From: Eledone cirrhosa
Lineage: Eukaryota
Direction: 5' to 3'
Length of the DNA stretch: 64,000 nt
Assembly: GCA_964016885.1 (NCBI GenBank)
Contig: OZ024759.1
Span: 28,644,001 to 28,708,000 of the forward strand
Shown here: positions 52,736 through 64,000 of the stretch, piece after piece
Numbering within the stretch: position 1 is the stretch's first letter
Layout of the letters: the number at the start of each line of letters is the position of its first letter
Translations under genes and position numbers: made by a program
The notes under the pieces: generated by a model
What the model was told of the DNA's origin: nothing
Database searches by the model: none
Seen by the model: only the letters and a program-made list of their open reading frames with translations

Positions 52736-52875
52736 GAAAAGAGTCAGGACCCCGATGGCTGAGCTCCGACCGTTTCGACAGCTATTTTTGTCGAAACGGT
52801 CGGAGCTCAGCCGTCGGGGTCCTGACTCTTTTCCTATTACCCACTCTACTACTAATAGGTGATTCCTCGCTTTGT
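52735..52875 (+). mobile_element. family B subfamily 2 element
   Basis: ggaaaagagtcaggacccc / ggggtcctgactcttttcc arms. Confidence 0.8.
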
Positions 52876-53039
52876 CATACATATATATATATATAGAGAG
52901 AGTGCCCCCCCCCCCCAAAAAAAAAATATGCATACATAATTTGATTACTTGTGCAGGAAATACTTATTAGAATGCTGTTAACGTGTGTATACATTTTTGG
53001 GGACACTGTGTGTATGTGTGTATATATATATATATAATA

Positions 53040-53400
53040 ATGATTTCTACTATAGGCACAAGGCCAGTAATTTTTGGTGCTTTATTTTATCGACCCTGAA
53101 AGGATGAAAGGCAAAGTTAAACTCAGAATGGCAAGGGCCGTAACTCTATGCTTCAAAGCATGGCGTCCGACCCTCTACCGATACTGCCAATCCACCGCCC
53201 TTAATGTACATAAAATAATGTATATTAAATAATTGTTTCTACTATTGGCACAAGGCCAGCAATTACTCAGTGTATTACTGGTACTTTATTTTATCGACCC
53301 CGTAAGGATGAAAGGCAAAGTTAACCTCAGCGGGATTTGAACTCAGACCATGCTGCAAAGCATGGCGTCAGACCCTCTACCGATACTGCCAATCCACTGC
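53040..53400 (-). mobile_element. two tandem Deu/Nin SINEs
   Basis: Two ggcacaaggccag...aggatgaaaggcaaagttaa...ccgatactgccaatccac units. Confidence 0.85.
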
Positions 53401-53616
53401 GTATAAAATAATGTATATAAAATAATGTATTAATCTCTTCAGAGTCTATTAAATAATATATATATACAGGATCTTCCCAAAAATGTATACACACTTTTAA
53501 GGCTGTGTTACCTTAAAGTAATAAAATACGTTTGATAGATTGACAAATTGAAAACTGCGGCAGGCGAGCCTAGCCACATAATACCAAAGCAACGAAAAAA
53601 CAACCAGGTTAGATAA

Positions 53617-53720
<104 letters not shown>

Positions 53721-54968
53721 TACACACAAATCAATACGACCATGATTGTTCACAATAATACAGACAATTATAAACCTAGAATCTTCTAGAAAACACCGCT
53801 CAATACACGTCGAAGTTCAACATTCAACACAAGAATTTAAAAATTAGACTTAATTCAATTTTGTACAAAAAATAATACTTAAACTTGGAAACAAGCGTTG
53901 CTCCCATTCAACCGCTAGTTTGTCTCAGATCAAAATGACAGGTTTATCTTCACCAAGAGAAGTAGCCGAAACAGGGGAGAGAACTCATACCACTTCCGCC
54001 AGCTTAGCTGCTCTCATAGATTGCGTTGACCTATTGATTCTGAGGACGAATGCTCTTCTTGAAATTAACGTGAAAGAAGATGATCATTCCACAGACACGT
54101 GTACCCTTATTGTAGTTCTCAGGTAGATGCAGAGTGACACAACGTGTGACAAAGCTGACCTATTGAATTAAAAGTATTGTATGTATGTATTGGCCTGTAA
54201 CTCCCGAGAGGGTCGTAGGGGCACGATATTGAAACACGGTGTTTCTTAGGGCATTCTTTTTTAAAACCTGGCGGGCCCCATCAACCCTCCAGCCCTAAAT
54301 ATGGCAGATTTCTTCCAGAGAAGTAGAGAGGGGGGGGGGAGAAGAAGAAGAAGAAGAAGAAGAAGAAGCTAATCCGTTTAAGAATTTTTTAAGAAAGAAC
54401 TGGGTTTGGTCAAAGTAAGGGTTGTGTCAGCGTTGCTGGAATTACTGAGTACACATAGTTAAGTACTGAGCTAAGACTGACACCTGGTGGTGGTAGTGGT
54501 GGTGGTGGCGTTGGTGTGTGGTGATTAATATCACGTGATTAATTTTATAGTTTCCTCCATATAGAAGAAGAAGAAGAAGAAGAAGAAGAAGAAGAAGAAG
54601 AAGAAGAAGAAGATAGAGGGAGAGAGAGAGAAAAGAAGAAGTGAGAAAGTGATATAGAGGAAGAATCGACCCCCAGTACTAAACTGGTACATTTTTTTTA
54701 TCGACCTCGAAAAGATGAAAGGCTTTTGATCTCTGTGGGATTTGAACTCAGAACATTCCAATTGTACCATTCTACCAGCCCACCGCCCATTTGGTTCACG
54801 TAACAACAACAGCAGTATAAACCAGTATAAACCAGCTGTGTATTGATAGAAGGGGATAAGTGGTGCACGCGCAACCAATTTTCCTGCCAGAAGGAACAAA
54901 TTACTCTTACACTGCGAATAATTAATGGCACTTTTGTGTATGGGTATGTGTATGTATGTAATATACAC

Positions 54969-55012
<44 letters not shown>

Positions 55013-55015
55013 TTG

Positions 55016-55057
<42 letters not shown>

Positions 55058-55089
55058 TATATATATATGTGTACATATATATATATATA

Positions 55090-55124
<35 letters not shown>

Positions 55125-55177
55125 AACATATGTATACATATATATATATATATATATAAACATATGTATACATATAC

Positions 55178-55209
<32 letters not shown>

Positions 55210-55794
55210 ATGTATATATATATATATTTGTGTGCATACAAATGTATATATATATGCATATATATGAGTGTATGAGTGTGTGTGTGTGTGTATGTATATA
55301 TATATGCAGACAATCACACAAATATATACATACTCACCCAAGCCCCAAACCCACCACAGACACATACACACACAAACACCACCAGACACGTACACAAACA
55401 GGAAATGGTTGCGTATCGAAACTACGATCCCCAGATAATCAGGGCTGATAAAGTCTGTAATCTGGAACAGAATATATTTAGTTCTGCGTAATTTCCTGAT
55501 TTTAGACATTGCTGTTGTTTATGGTATAACACAGGTAGAAGCAGTGCTAGGTTTACCCTTGTGTTTAGATGTGCCTAAGCACTGGGCCCCGGTGGCCAGT
55601 GAGGGCCCATCTTCCCCCCACCCCCCACCCCACCCCCCACCATTTTTTACGTTGAAGTTTTCAAATGTTTGGGACCTCATAATTTAACTAGCACAAGGCC
55701 TCATTTGTCCGAAATATGGCATTGAGTAGAAGTAGAACTACCTAGCTAGCTAGCACCACTTTGGGGAGATACTCCTCTTGTGTATCTGTGTGTA

Positions 55795-55825
<31 letters not shown>

Positions 55826-55894
55826 TCGGAGCATAACATAACAAAGGTTCTTACATATAAGCACTTGAAACCTTTCGTTACCATATTTCTATAT

Positions 55895-56120
55895 GTCAAC
55901 CGGAGTACGCGGTTAGAATGTCTCAGGAAAGCATCGCTGGACAGATTTTACAGGCAAAACCAACCGACAAGAAACCCAGGGGTAGACCCCGACCAAGATG
56001 GTTGAACAACATCCATGAGCTTGGCTGGACACGTTTGGGGATCCAACCGGATCAGTTGGAGACGGTTGCTTCTGGCAGGACCTGCTGGAAGGGGTATTTG
56101 AGGACTCACCACCGCCCTAC
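55895..56120 (+). mobile_element. RTE-clade LINE ORF C-terminal fragment
   Basis: RMSQESIAGQIL..KKPRGRPRPRWLNNIHE..LG...ETVASGRTCWK matches the RxRGRPxxRW...W pattern of RTE C-termini. Confidence 0.75.
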
Positions 56121-56399
56121 TTGCAATAATATCTACATTTTACTATCCTCAAATTGAATAATGGTTTTACTTGTCTCAATTAGTAACGTCTGATCCATCT
56201 TAATGCGCGAAACTGCACGCCAGCAATGTGGCTGACGAGAGGGAGAGATGTAGTTGTTATTCTGTGAGCATTTCCTGCTGATAAAACACACACGCACACA
56301 TACACACACACAGAGTAATGGAGGTGGTTATGAGGATGTTTTTCGTGGTAGTAGACATGGGGGGTTGGATGTGGTGTCGGTGGTGATATGGAGTATGTT

Positions 56400-57110
56400 G
56401 TTGGTAGTGTTATGGCCTGGATATTAGAAATGGCTGTGGTAATGGTTGGTGTGTTAATAGTGGTGGTGATGGTGATAGTGACGGTGGTGATGGTGGTGAT
56501 GGTGTTGGTGGCGGTGTTAATAGTGGTTGTGATGATGTTGGTGGCGGTGTTAATAGTGGTGGTGATGGTGGTGATGGTGATAGTGATGGTGGTGGTGGTG
56601 GTGATGGTGGTGGTAATGGTTGGTGTGTTAATAGTGGTGGTGGTGGTGATGGTGGTATTGATGGTGGTGGTGGTGGTGATGTTAATAGTGGTGGTGGTGG
56701 TGATGTTAATAGTGGTGGTGGTGGTGGTGGTGTTAATAGTGGTGGTGATGGTGGTGGTGGTGGTGATGGTGATATTCATGGTGGTGGTGGTGGTGGTGAT
56801 CATGGTGGTGGTGATGGTTGGTGTGTTAATAGTGGTGGTGATGGTGATAGTGATGGTGATGGTGGTGGTGGTGGTGTTAATAATGATGGTGATGGTGGTC
56901 ATGGTGTGGGTGGCGGTGGTGGCGGAGGTGGTATGTTTATTACTAGACTCTCAACAACGTGCTTGCTCGTGTTGTTGTTGTTGTTGTTGTATTTGCTTAA
57001 CACGCAATTGCCTGTAACATCTGTAATATATATTTCACAGAAGAGGAAGGGGTGGAGGATGGTGGTGGTGGTGGTGACGACACTGATGATGATGATGATT
57101 ATAATGGTGA

Positions 57111-57144
<34 letters not shown>

Positions 57145-57529
57145 GACAATGATGATGATGATGATGATTGTAATGGTGATGATGATGATGATGATGGTGG
57201 TGGTGATGGCGATGATGATGGTGGTGGTGAAGATGGTGGTGATGATGATGATGATGATGATGATGGTGATGGTGGTGATGGTGGTGATGATGATGATGGC
57301 GATGATGATGATGATGATGGTGGTGATGATGATGGCGATGGTGATGGCAATGATGCTGATGATGGCGATGGTGGTGATGATGATGATGGTGGTGGTGGTG
57401 GTGGTGATGGCGATGATGATGGTGGTGTGATGGTGATGATGGTGATGATGATGATGGTGGTGATGATGGTGATGGTGGTGATGATGGCGATGGTGGTGAT
57501 GATGGTGATGGTGGTGATGGTGGTGGTGG

Positions 57530-57560
<31 letters not shown>

Positions 57561-57725
57561 GGTGAAGATGATGGTGATGATGGTGATGGTGGTGATGATG
57601 GTGATGGTGGTGGTGGTGGTGATGATGGTGATGGTGGTGGTGGTGGTGATGATGGTGGTGATGATGGTGATGGTGTTGATGGTGATGGTGATGATGGTGA
57701 TGATGGTGATGATGATGAAGATGGT
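56400..57725 (+). repeat. GGT/GAT trinucleotide-type low-complexity tracts
   Basis: Direct reading; source of poly-V/M and G/D ORFs. Confidence 0.9.
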
Positions 57726-57979
57726 GAGGGGGGAGAGAAGGAGAAGGGAGAGGTAGGTTTGATAGGAAGCTGACGAGAGTTGTTTGAAAATTTAAAGGAG
57801 ATAAAAGAATCGAGAATATAAAGTAGGTATGTGGGGGGAGGGTGAAGGGGGTGGTGTGAGGAGGTCGTATATGTAGGGAGGGGTAGTGGGGTGTTGGGAG
57901 GGGTAGTGGGGTGTAGGGAGAGGTATAGGGGTGTAGGGAGGAAGAAAGATGGTTAGATGTTCATGTTAAATTAGAGAGT

Positions 57980-58136
57980 CGGGCGCCATGCTTTCCAGCA
58001 TAGAGTTACGTCCCTTTACGGTCTGAGTTCAAATCTCGCCGAGGTTCACTTTGCCTTTCATCCTTACGGGGTCGATAAAATAGAGTACCAGTCATGTACT
58101 GGGTAATTGCTGGCCTTGTGCCAAAAGTAGAAACAG
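57980..58136 (+). mobile_element. Deu/Nin SINE, 5'-truncated
   Basis: Diagnostic core and ggccttgtgccaaaagtagaaac tail. Confidence 0.85.
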
Positions 58137-58299
58137 TTAAATTAGGAGCGGTGTGTCGGTGGTAGTTGTGATGGTGGTGGTGTTGTTGTTGTTGTTGTTG
58201 TTTGTGATGGTGGTGTCGGTGGTTATGGTGGTGCTGGTGGTAGTGGGGACTGTGGTGGTGATGGTGGTGGTGATGGCGGTGGTAGTGGCGGTGGTGGTG

Positions 58300-59345
58300 T
58301 TAGTGGTGGTGGTGGTTGTAGTGGTGATAGCGCTGGTAGTGGTGGTGATAGCGCTGGTAGTGGTGGTGCTGGTAATAGTGGTGTTAGTGGTGATGGTGAT
58401 GGTGGTTGTAGTGGTGATAGCGCTGGTAGTGGTGGTGATAGCGCTGGTAGTGGTGGTGCTGGTGATAGTGGTGTTAGTGGTGATGGTGATGGTGGTTGTA
58501 GTGGTGATAGCGCTGGTAGTGGTGGTGCTGGTGATAGTAGTGTTAGTGGTGATGGTGGTGGTGGTTGTAGTGGTGATAGCGCTGGTAGTGGTGGTGATAG
58601 CGCTGGTAGTGGTGGTGCTGGTAATAGTGGTGTTAGTGGTGATGGTGATGGTGGTTGTAGTGGTGATAGCGCTGGTAGTGGTGGTGATAGCGCTGGTAGT
58701 GGTGGTGCTGGTAATAGTGGTGTTAGTGGTGATGGTGATGGTGGTTGTAGTGGTGATAGCGCTGGTAGTGGTGGTGATAGCGCTGGTAGTGGTGGTGCTG
58801 GTGATAGTGGTGTTAGTGGTGATGGTGATGGTGGTTGTAGTGGTGATAGCGCTGGTAGTGGTGGTGCTGGTGATAGTAGTGTTAGTGGTGATGGTGGTGG
58901 TGGTTGTAGTGGTGATAGCGCTGGTAGTGGTGGTGATAGCGCTGGTAGTGGTGGTGCTGGTAATAGTGGTGTTAGTGGTGATGGTGATGGTGGTTGTAGT
59001 GGTGATAGCGCTGGTAGTGGTGGTGATAGCGCTGGTAGTGGTGGTGCTGGTAATAGTGGTGTTAGTGGTGATGGTGATGGTGGTTGTAGTGGTGATAGCG
59101 CTGGTAGTGGTGGTGATAGCGCTGGTAGTGGTGGTGCTGGTGATAGTGGTGTTAGTGGTGATGGTGATGGTGGTTGTAGTGGTGATAGCGCTGGTAGTGG
59201 TGGTGCTGGTGATAGTAGTGTTAGTGGTGATGGTGGTGGTGGTTGTAGTGGTGATAGCGCTGGTAGTGGTGGTGATAGCGCTGGTAGTGGTGGTGCTGGT
59301 GATAGTGGTGTTAGTGGTGATGGTGGTGGCTGTAGTGGTGCAGGT
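58300..59345 (+). repeat. 90/69-bp minisatellite with a 339-bp higher-order repeat
   Basis: Translated unit pattern 23+30+30+30 aa recurs ~3 times in the ORF track. Confidence 0.85.
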
Positions 59346-59593
59346 GCTGGTGATAGAAGTGGTGGTGGTGGCGCAATAGTTAGCACGCGTCCGTTGCAAA
59401 GCAGGTTCAATGCGAGTGCGATTCCCCAGCCAATGATGTCGTTCCAACATATTTATAAACAGCAATGCATCTTATGTAAGCGGTGGAGCGTCGGATATGA
59501 AAACGGTGTTCACATCCCGCTGAGATCATTGTCGACTCTCATCTATACTGTGTCGATAAAGTATCAGATATATACTGGAGTGGCCTCTCTCAC

Positions 59594-59628
<35 letters not shown>

Positions 59629-59629
<1 letters not shown>

Positions 59630-60545
59630 CTTGCACAACACGCTCCTGGAGTTGAGGGTTGTTCTATCGACGGGGTATTAAATAACCCATTTGTGGCGCC
59701 TCCCCCCTATTGGGGATTTCGATTGTTGAAATTGTTTGTTTTTATATTTTTTACACGACTGTATGTAAAATCCCCGGCATGTCTTTGTATTGTCCCCTTT
59801 TCTTGTTGCGCCCTTGTGGCTAATAAAGAAATCTATCTATCTCTCTGTCTTAAATTCCATCTGTGATAACATTTTACACGTTTTTATTGTATGTAAACTT
59901 CCCCCTTTGTATTTGTCCCCTTCTTTTGTGCCCCTGTGGCTAATAAAGAAATATATCTATTTATATCCAATCCGGTTGACCACCGAGTCTATTGTAACGA
60001 TCAAGCCGCCTCCCCTCTTCAAAAACGAAGGAGAGGCGGTGTTTCTGTGCGTAATAGCCATGGCGAAAGAGGTTGTATGGTGGACGCGTCTGAAAGGACT
60101 GAGGTCAGGCACCTTTCTCTCTGGCCAACAACTGGTCCGTTTCTTCCGATATCATTTCGGAAGAAGGATCAGGATGGAGAGAGAGGTGCTGCACCCCAGC
60201 CGTTTCTATGAAAGATGGGTGAAAGTGGCGAGAATGGCCCGTGTGAATGGGCCTTCACTCTACATCAGACTATAGGTGAGGAAGATGAAAGACCAAGGGA
60301 GCACCCCTTCGCTGTGCTCCTGAGGAGAAGGGTTGCACACTTTTTTCGGGGGGGGGTGTGCGACCCCCCAAGGCGCCTCCTCTCTATTGAGGACTTTGTT
60401 ATAAATTTTATTTTTTGTTATATTTTATTTTATTTTTATATATTGTTATTGCCTCCTCCTTATTGAGGACGCCTTGTTTTGTAAACTCCCCCCATTGTAC
60501 TTGTCCCACTTTTGATGCCCTGGTGGCAAATAAAAGAAACATATC
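59629..60545 (+). mobile_element. head-to-tail stack of three Tx1 3' fragments after (TCTA)n (59629-59835, ~59845-59955, 59968-60545)
   Basis: Each ends gtggc(t/a)aataaa(a)gaaa-TATCT/TCTATC; the third is near-identical to the reverse complement of 37081-37652. Confidence 0.88.
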
Positions 60546-60556
60546 TATTTATATAT

Positions 60557-63003
60557 CCTGACGCGTGGAACATAGCTGGCAAGCTTTTTTGTAAATGTCT
60601 ATACAAAGGACTGGACTAATTGTTTGTAGATTAACCCCAAGCTGAATTGTCAGCTGGGTGGTAATTTAATTTAAAAATTGTTTTTAAAAAATCAAATTTT
60701 GGCGACTATAAAAAATGAGTGACTCGGAAAGAACGCCGAAGAATGTTAACAGAGAGAAGAGAGGTAGAAAGGCAGATATTAACGTTATATCTGCTTCTGC
60801 CACTATGGACGTCTGTCGCCATCATCTTCACCATCAGCATCATCGCCATCATCAGCATCATTGCCATCACCATTGCCATCATCATCACCATCATCACCAT
60901 CATCTTCACCACCATCAACATCGCCATCATCATCATCATCATCGCCATGGATACGACTGTCAACAAAGAAAAAATATTGCCACTTGAACATTTTAAAATG
61001 TCTACCGTCGAAGCGGAGACAAATAACACACAACATACACAGGAAAACACAGGAAACACAGGAAACACAGGAATTAAACCTATTCATATACATACATATG
61101 AAAAAGCCAACAACAACAGCAACAAAAACAACAGCACCACCACAAAAAAATGTCTTTCGCTGAAACAGTGAACAAGAAACAACATTTTAAAAATCTTGAC
61201 ATCTCTAATGCAAGGGATATGCTCCAGCAAGGGAAAAAATTTGTAACTTTCGAATACGAGGGTGAGTTTAGAATCAACTCACCCTCCGATATAAAAGAAG
61301 AGATGGTTCGAAGGACAGTGACCTTCAGAACTGTCTCAAACACAACGAGAAAGCCAGTATTTGTGAGTCAAAGAGAAATAGAAGCCACCTTGAAGGAGAT
61401 CCTAGAAAATATTGACTTTCTTCAACGAGGAAGACAGTACGGAAGTATTTCCGTACTGTTTAAATGCGAAGCACTCGCCCAAAAACATTCTGACAGGAGC
61501 AAAACTAAACCCGGAAAAGTCTGTCGAGTTGCAACTCGGTACGTGGAGAGGCAAACCAATGACGTCCGACGGACGGACAGGTGAAATTGCTCGGGGTCTG
61601 ATTCGGTCCAAACCCTCCAGGTGGAGAAAAACTGGAACGAGGTCACGGCCAAGGTGGTTCCGCTCACCCAGTGGTGGGCAGAGTGCAAACTGTCCTTGAA
61701 AGGTCGAACGGAGGTGCGAACACTTTCATAGCGTCCGTCATCTACTACCGCTTCACTGTCGTGCCTTGCCCCCGTGAACACCTCGCTAAGATGGAACGCA
61801 TGTTCTTCCAACTTCTGTGGAAGAACCAGGCTCCGTTGGTGAGGAGATCCGTCTGCTGCAGCACCCTTCCAATGGAGGGCTGGGAATGCCGTGGCTGATG
61901 ATGCGCAAACATGCGCTGAGGCTGCGGCATCTCCAGGTATTCCTCACCGAACCCCAACCGGTGTTGGCACCGTTTGTCAGACAAGCTTTCCCGCAGCTCG
62001 TCTCGCTGGCGGAGCTGCAGTCCTGGGTCAAGAAAAGACCGAAAACGATGAGCGCTTGGCACATTGAATGCGCTCAGGCGCTCACAGTCCTCTGGCAAGC
62101 GGGCACAGCAATCAGTGGAGACTCCACTTCGACATTCTATAGAGGGATTGTACGTTACAAGGGCGACGACGTGCTCGGAGAGACTCTGGGCGTCGAGTCT
62201 GAGCTCACGAGTCTGCTTGGTAGGACTTTCCGCCCGGGACCTATGGACAATTTCCAGAGGTCCCTGGCCTGGCAGTGCTACCGAGGAGCTCTACCAGTTC
62301 GTGACAAGATCTACAGGCACGGACGCCCCGGCAGGGATCCTTCCAAGAGGACGTGTCCAAGATGCGCGCAGGACATTGAAACCGTCCTGCACGCAATTGT
62401 ACACTGCCCGGGCGTAACCGACCTGTGGAACTATGCGGAACAACTGCTGTCGCGTATGGGACAAATTCAGTTGACTGCCGAGTCCATAGTAAGGATCAAA
62501 CCGCCCACTTCTTTCAAAAACGAAAGAGAGGCGGTTTTCCTCTGTATAGTGGCTATGGTGAAAGAGGTTATATGGTGGACGAGATTGAGAGGACTGAGGA
62601 CAGATCCCTTTCTCTCTGGACAACAACTCATTCCCTTCTTTAGATACCACTTTAGAAGGAGAATCAGAATGGAGAGAGAGAGAGAGACACTGCACCCCAG
62701 TAAATTTACTGAAAGGTGGGTGAATGTGACAAAAATGGCCCGAGTGATTGGGCCTTCTCTGTATATAAACCTGTAGGTTGAAGAAGATTGCAAAAGGAAG
62801 AAATGAGCACTTGCACAACACGGTCCTTGAGGGTTGTTCTATCAACGGGGTATTAAACAACTCATTTGTGCCCCCCTATTGGGGATTTCGATTATTATAA
62901 TTGTTTGTTTTATAGTTTTTTACACGACTGTATGTAAAATCCTCGGCATGTCTTTGTTTTGTTCCCTTTTCTTGTGTGGCCTTGTGGCTAATAAATATAT
63001 CTA
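60557..63003 (+). mobile_element. internally deleted Tx1/L1-clade LINE: putative 5' UTR, frameshifted ORF1 N-terminal part (60715-61490) fused to ORF2 C-terminal part (61490-62776), and 3' UTR
   Basis: ORF1-like S/P-rich linker and MSFAETV...; then TGAKLNPEKS, LSLKGR, GGLGMP, CPRC..ETVLHAIVHC; frameshifts; ends gtggctaataaa-TATATCTATC. Confidence 0.8.
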
Positions 63004-63109
63004 TCTTCTGGGTGCGTTGTGCCGTGAAAGGCGATACGCGGCGTGATGGAGTGGCGCTGATAGTGGTGGTGTGTTGGTGTAGTTACGGTTGGTGTGTTAG
63101 GAAAAGCAG

Positions 63110-63246
63110 CAACAGCAGTAGTAGTAGTAGTAGCAGCAATAGTATAGTAGTAATAGTACCAGCAGTAGATGTACCAGCAGCACTACTACTACTACTACTA
63201 CTAGTAGTAGTGGTGGTAGTAGTAGTGGTGGTAGTAGTAGTAGTAA

Positions 63247-63308
<62 letters not shown>

Positions 63309-63325
63309 CAGTACTAGTAGTAGTT
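63110..63325 (+). repeat. (TAG)n microsatellite with internal inverted (CTA)n
   Basis: Direct reading of the sequence. Confidence 0.9.
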
Positions 63326-63411
63326 TTTAACATCAGGATTTAATTTTGGTAATTAACTAGCTTACTGCTGGTTTTTATTAACATACATTCTCATTACATT
63401 GTATCTGTGTG

Positions 63412-63524
<113 letters not shown>

Positions 63525-63629
63525 ATACACACATACACGTGTGTAACGCTGTGTTTATACTAATACAGTATATAATACGTCCTTACGCATTCATATATGA
63601 TGAATGCATTTTTAAACGTGTTTATACAT

Positions 63630-63678
<49 letters not shown>

Positions 63679-63866
63679 CATATATATACATATATATACA
63701 TATATATACATATATATATATATAAGCATTCTCGGGGATTTCAGATGGCTGACGTTGGAGTGTTTTCCTTTGTCAGTGAATGTTTTTTTTTCTTTTTAAT
63801 TCATATATTACGTAAGTTAAGATTGTGAGGGGAGGCACAGTAAACAAACACACACACTTATAAAGA

Positions 63867-63916
<50 letters not shown>

Positions 63917-64000
63917 GATAGCGTAAAATAAAAAAAACACTTCATTAGCTTGTAAATGCATTGTAAGCAATTTTAAATGGGCAAATAAGTAAAAGAATAT

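Noticed and set aside
56200-56250. Hammerhead from gcgaaac ... ctgacga
   Set aside because: No stem III or cleavage triplet pairing in any topology

Overview
This is eukaryotic, AT-rich DNA saturated with microsatellites and is almost entirely intronic or intergenic. The repeat repertoire (Deu/Nin-type and Meta-like tRNA SINEs, huge (TA)n/(CA)n/(GATA)n tracts) suggests an octopus or other coleoid cephalopod, which is an inference. Nearly all long ORFs in the track are low-complexity artefacts. Real coding signal is limited to one GT-AG-bounded 123-bp exon on the minus strand (560-682), several Tx1/L1-clade LINE pieces and two RTE-type LINE 3' ends. The main hidden signal is a collection of short (~100-300 bp) non-coding elements embedded in (TA)n tracts. 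They fall into roughly 7 sequence families and carry type-I hammerhead ribozyme cores (CUGANGA...GAAA...NUH) or remnants of them. Several are asymmetric fold-back palindromes, and four families share a 3' (T/C)ACTC..GAGT hairpin. They are best read as non-autonomous Penelope-like (PLE) or retrozyme-type elements. Also present are a GATA/TATCT-targeting Tx1 LINE forming head-to-tail stacks (with TSDs and one twin-priming inversion), minisatellites born inside a SINE and from a piggyBac-type MITE end, and two inverted ~102-106-bp satellite arrays bracketing 3 kb. No prokaryotic systems, CRISPR arrays or rRNA genes are supported.
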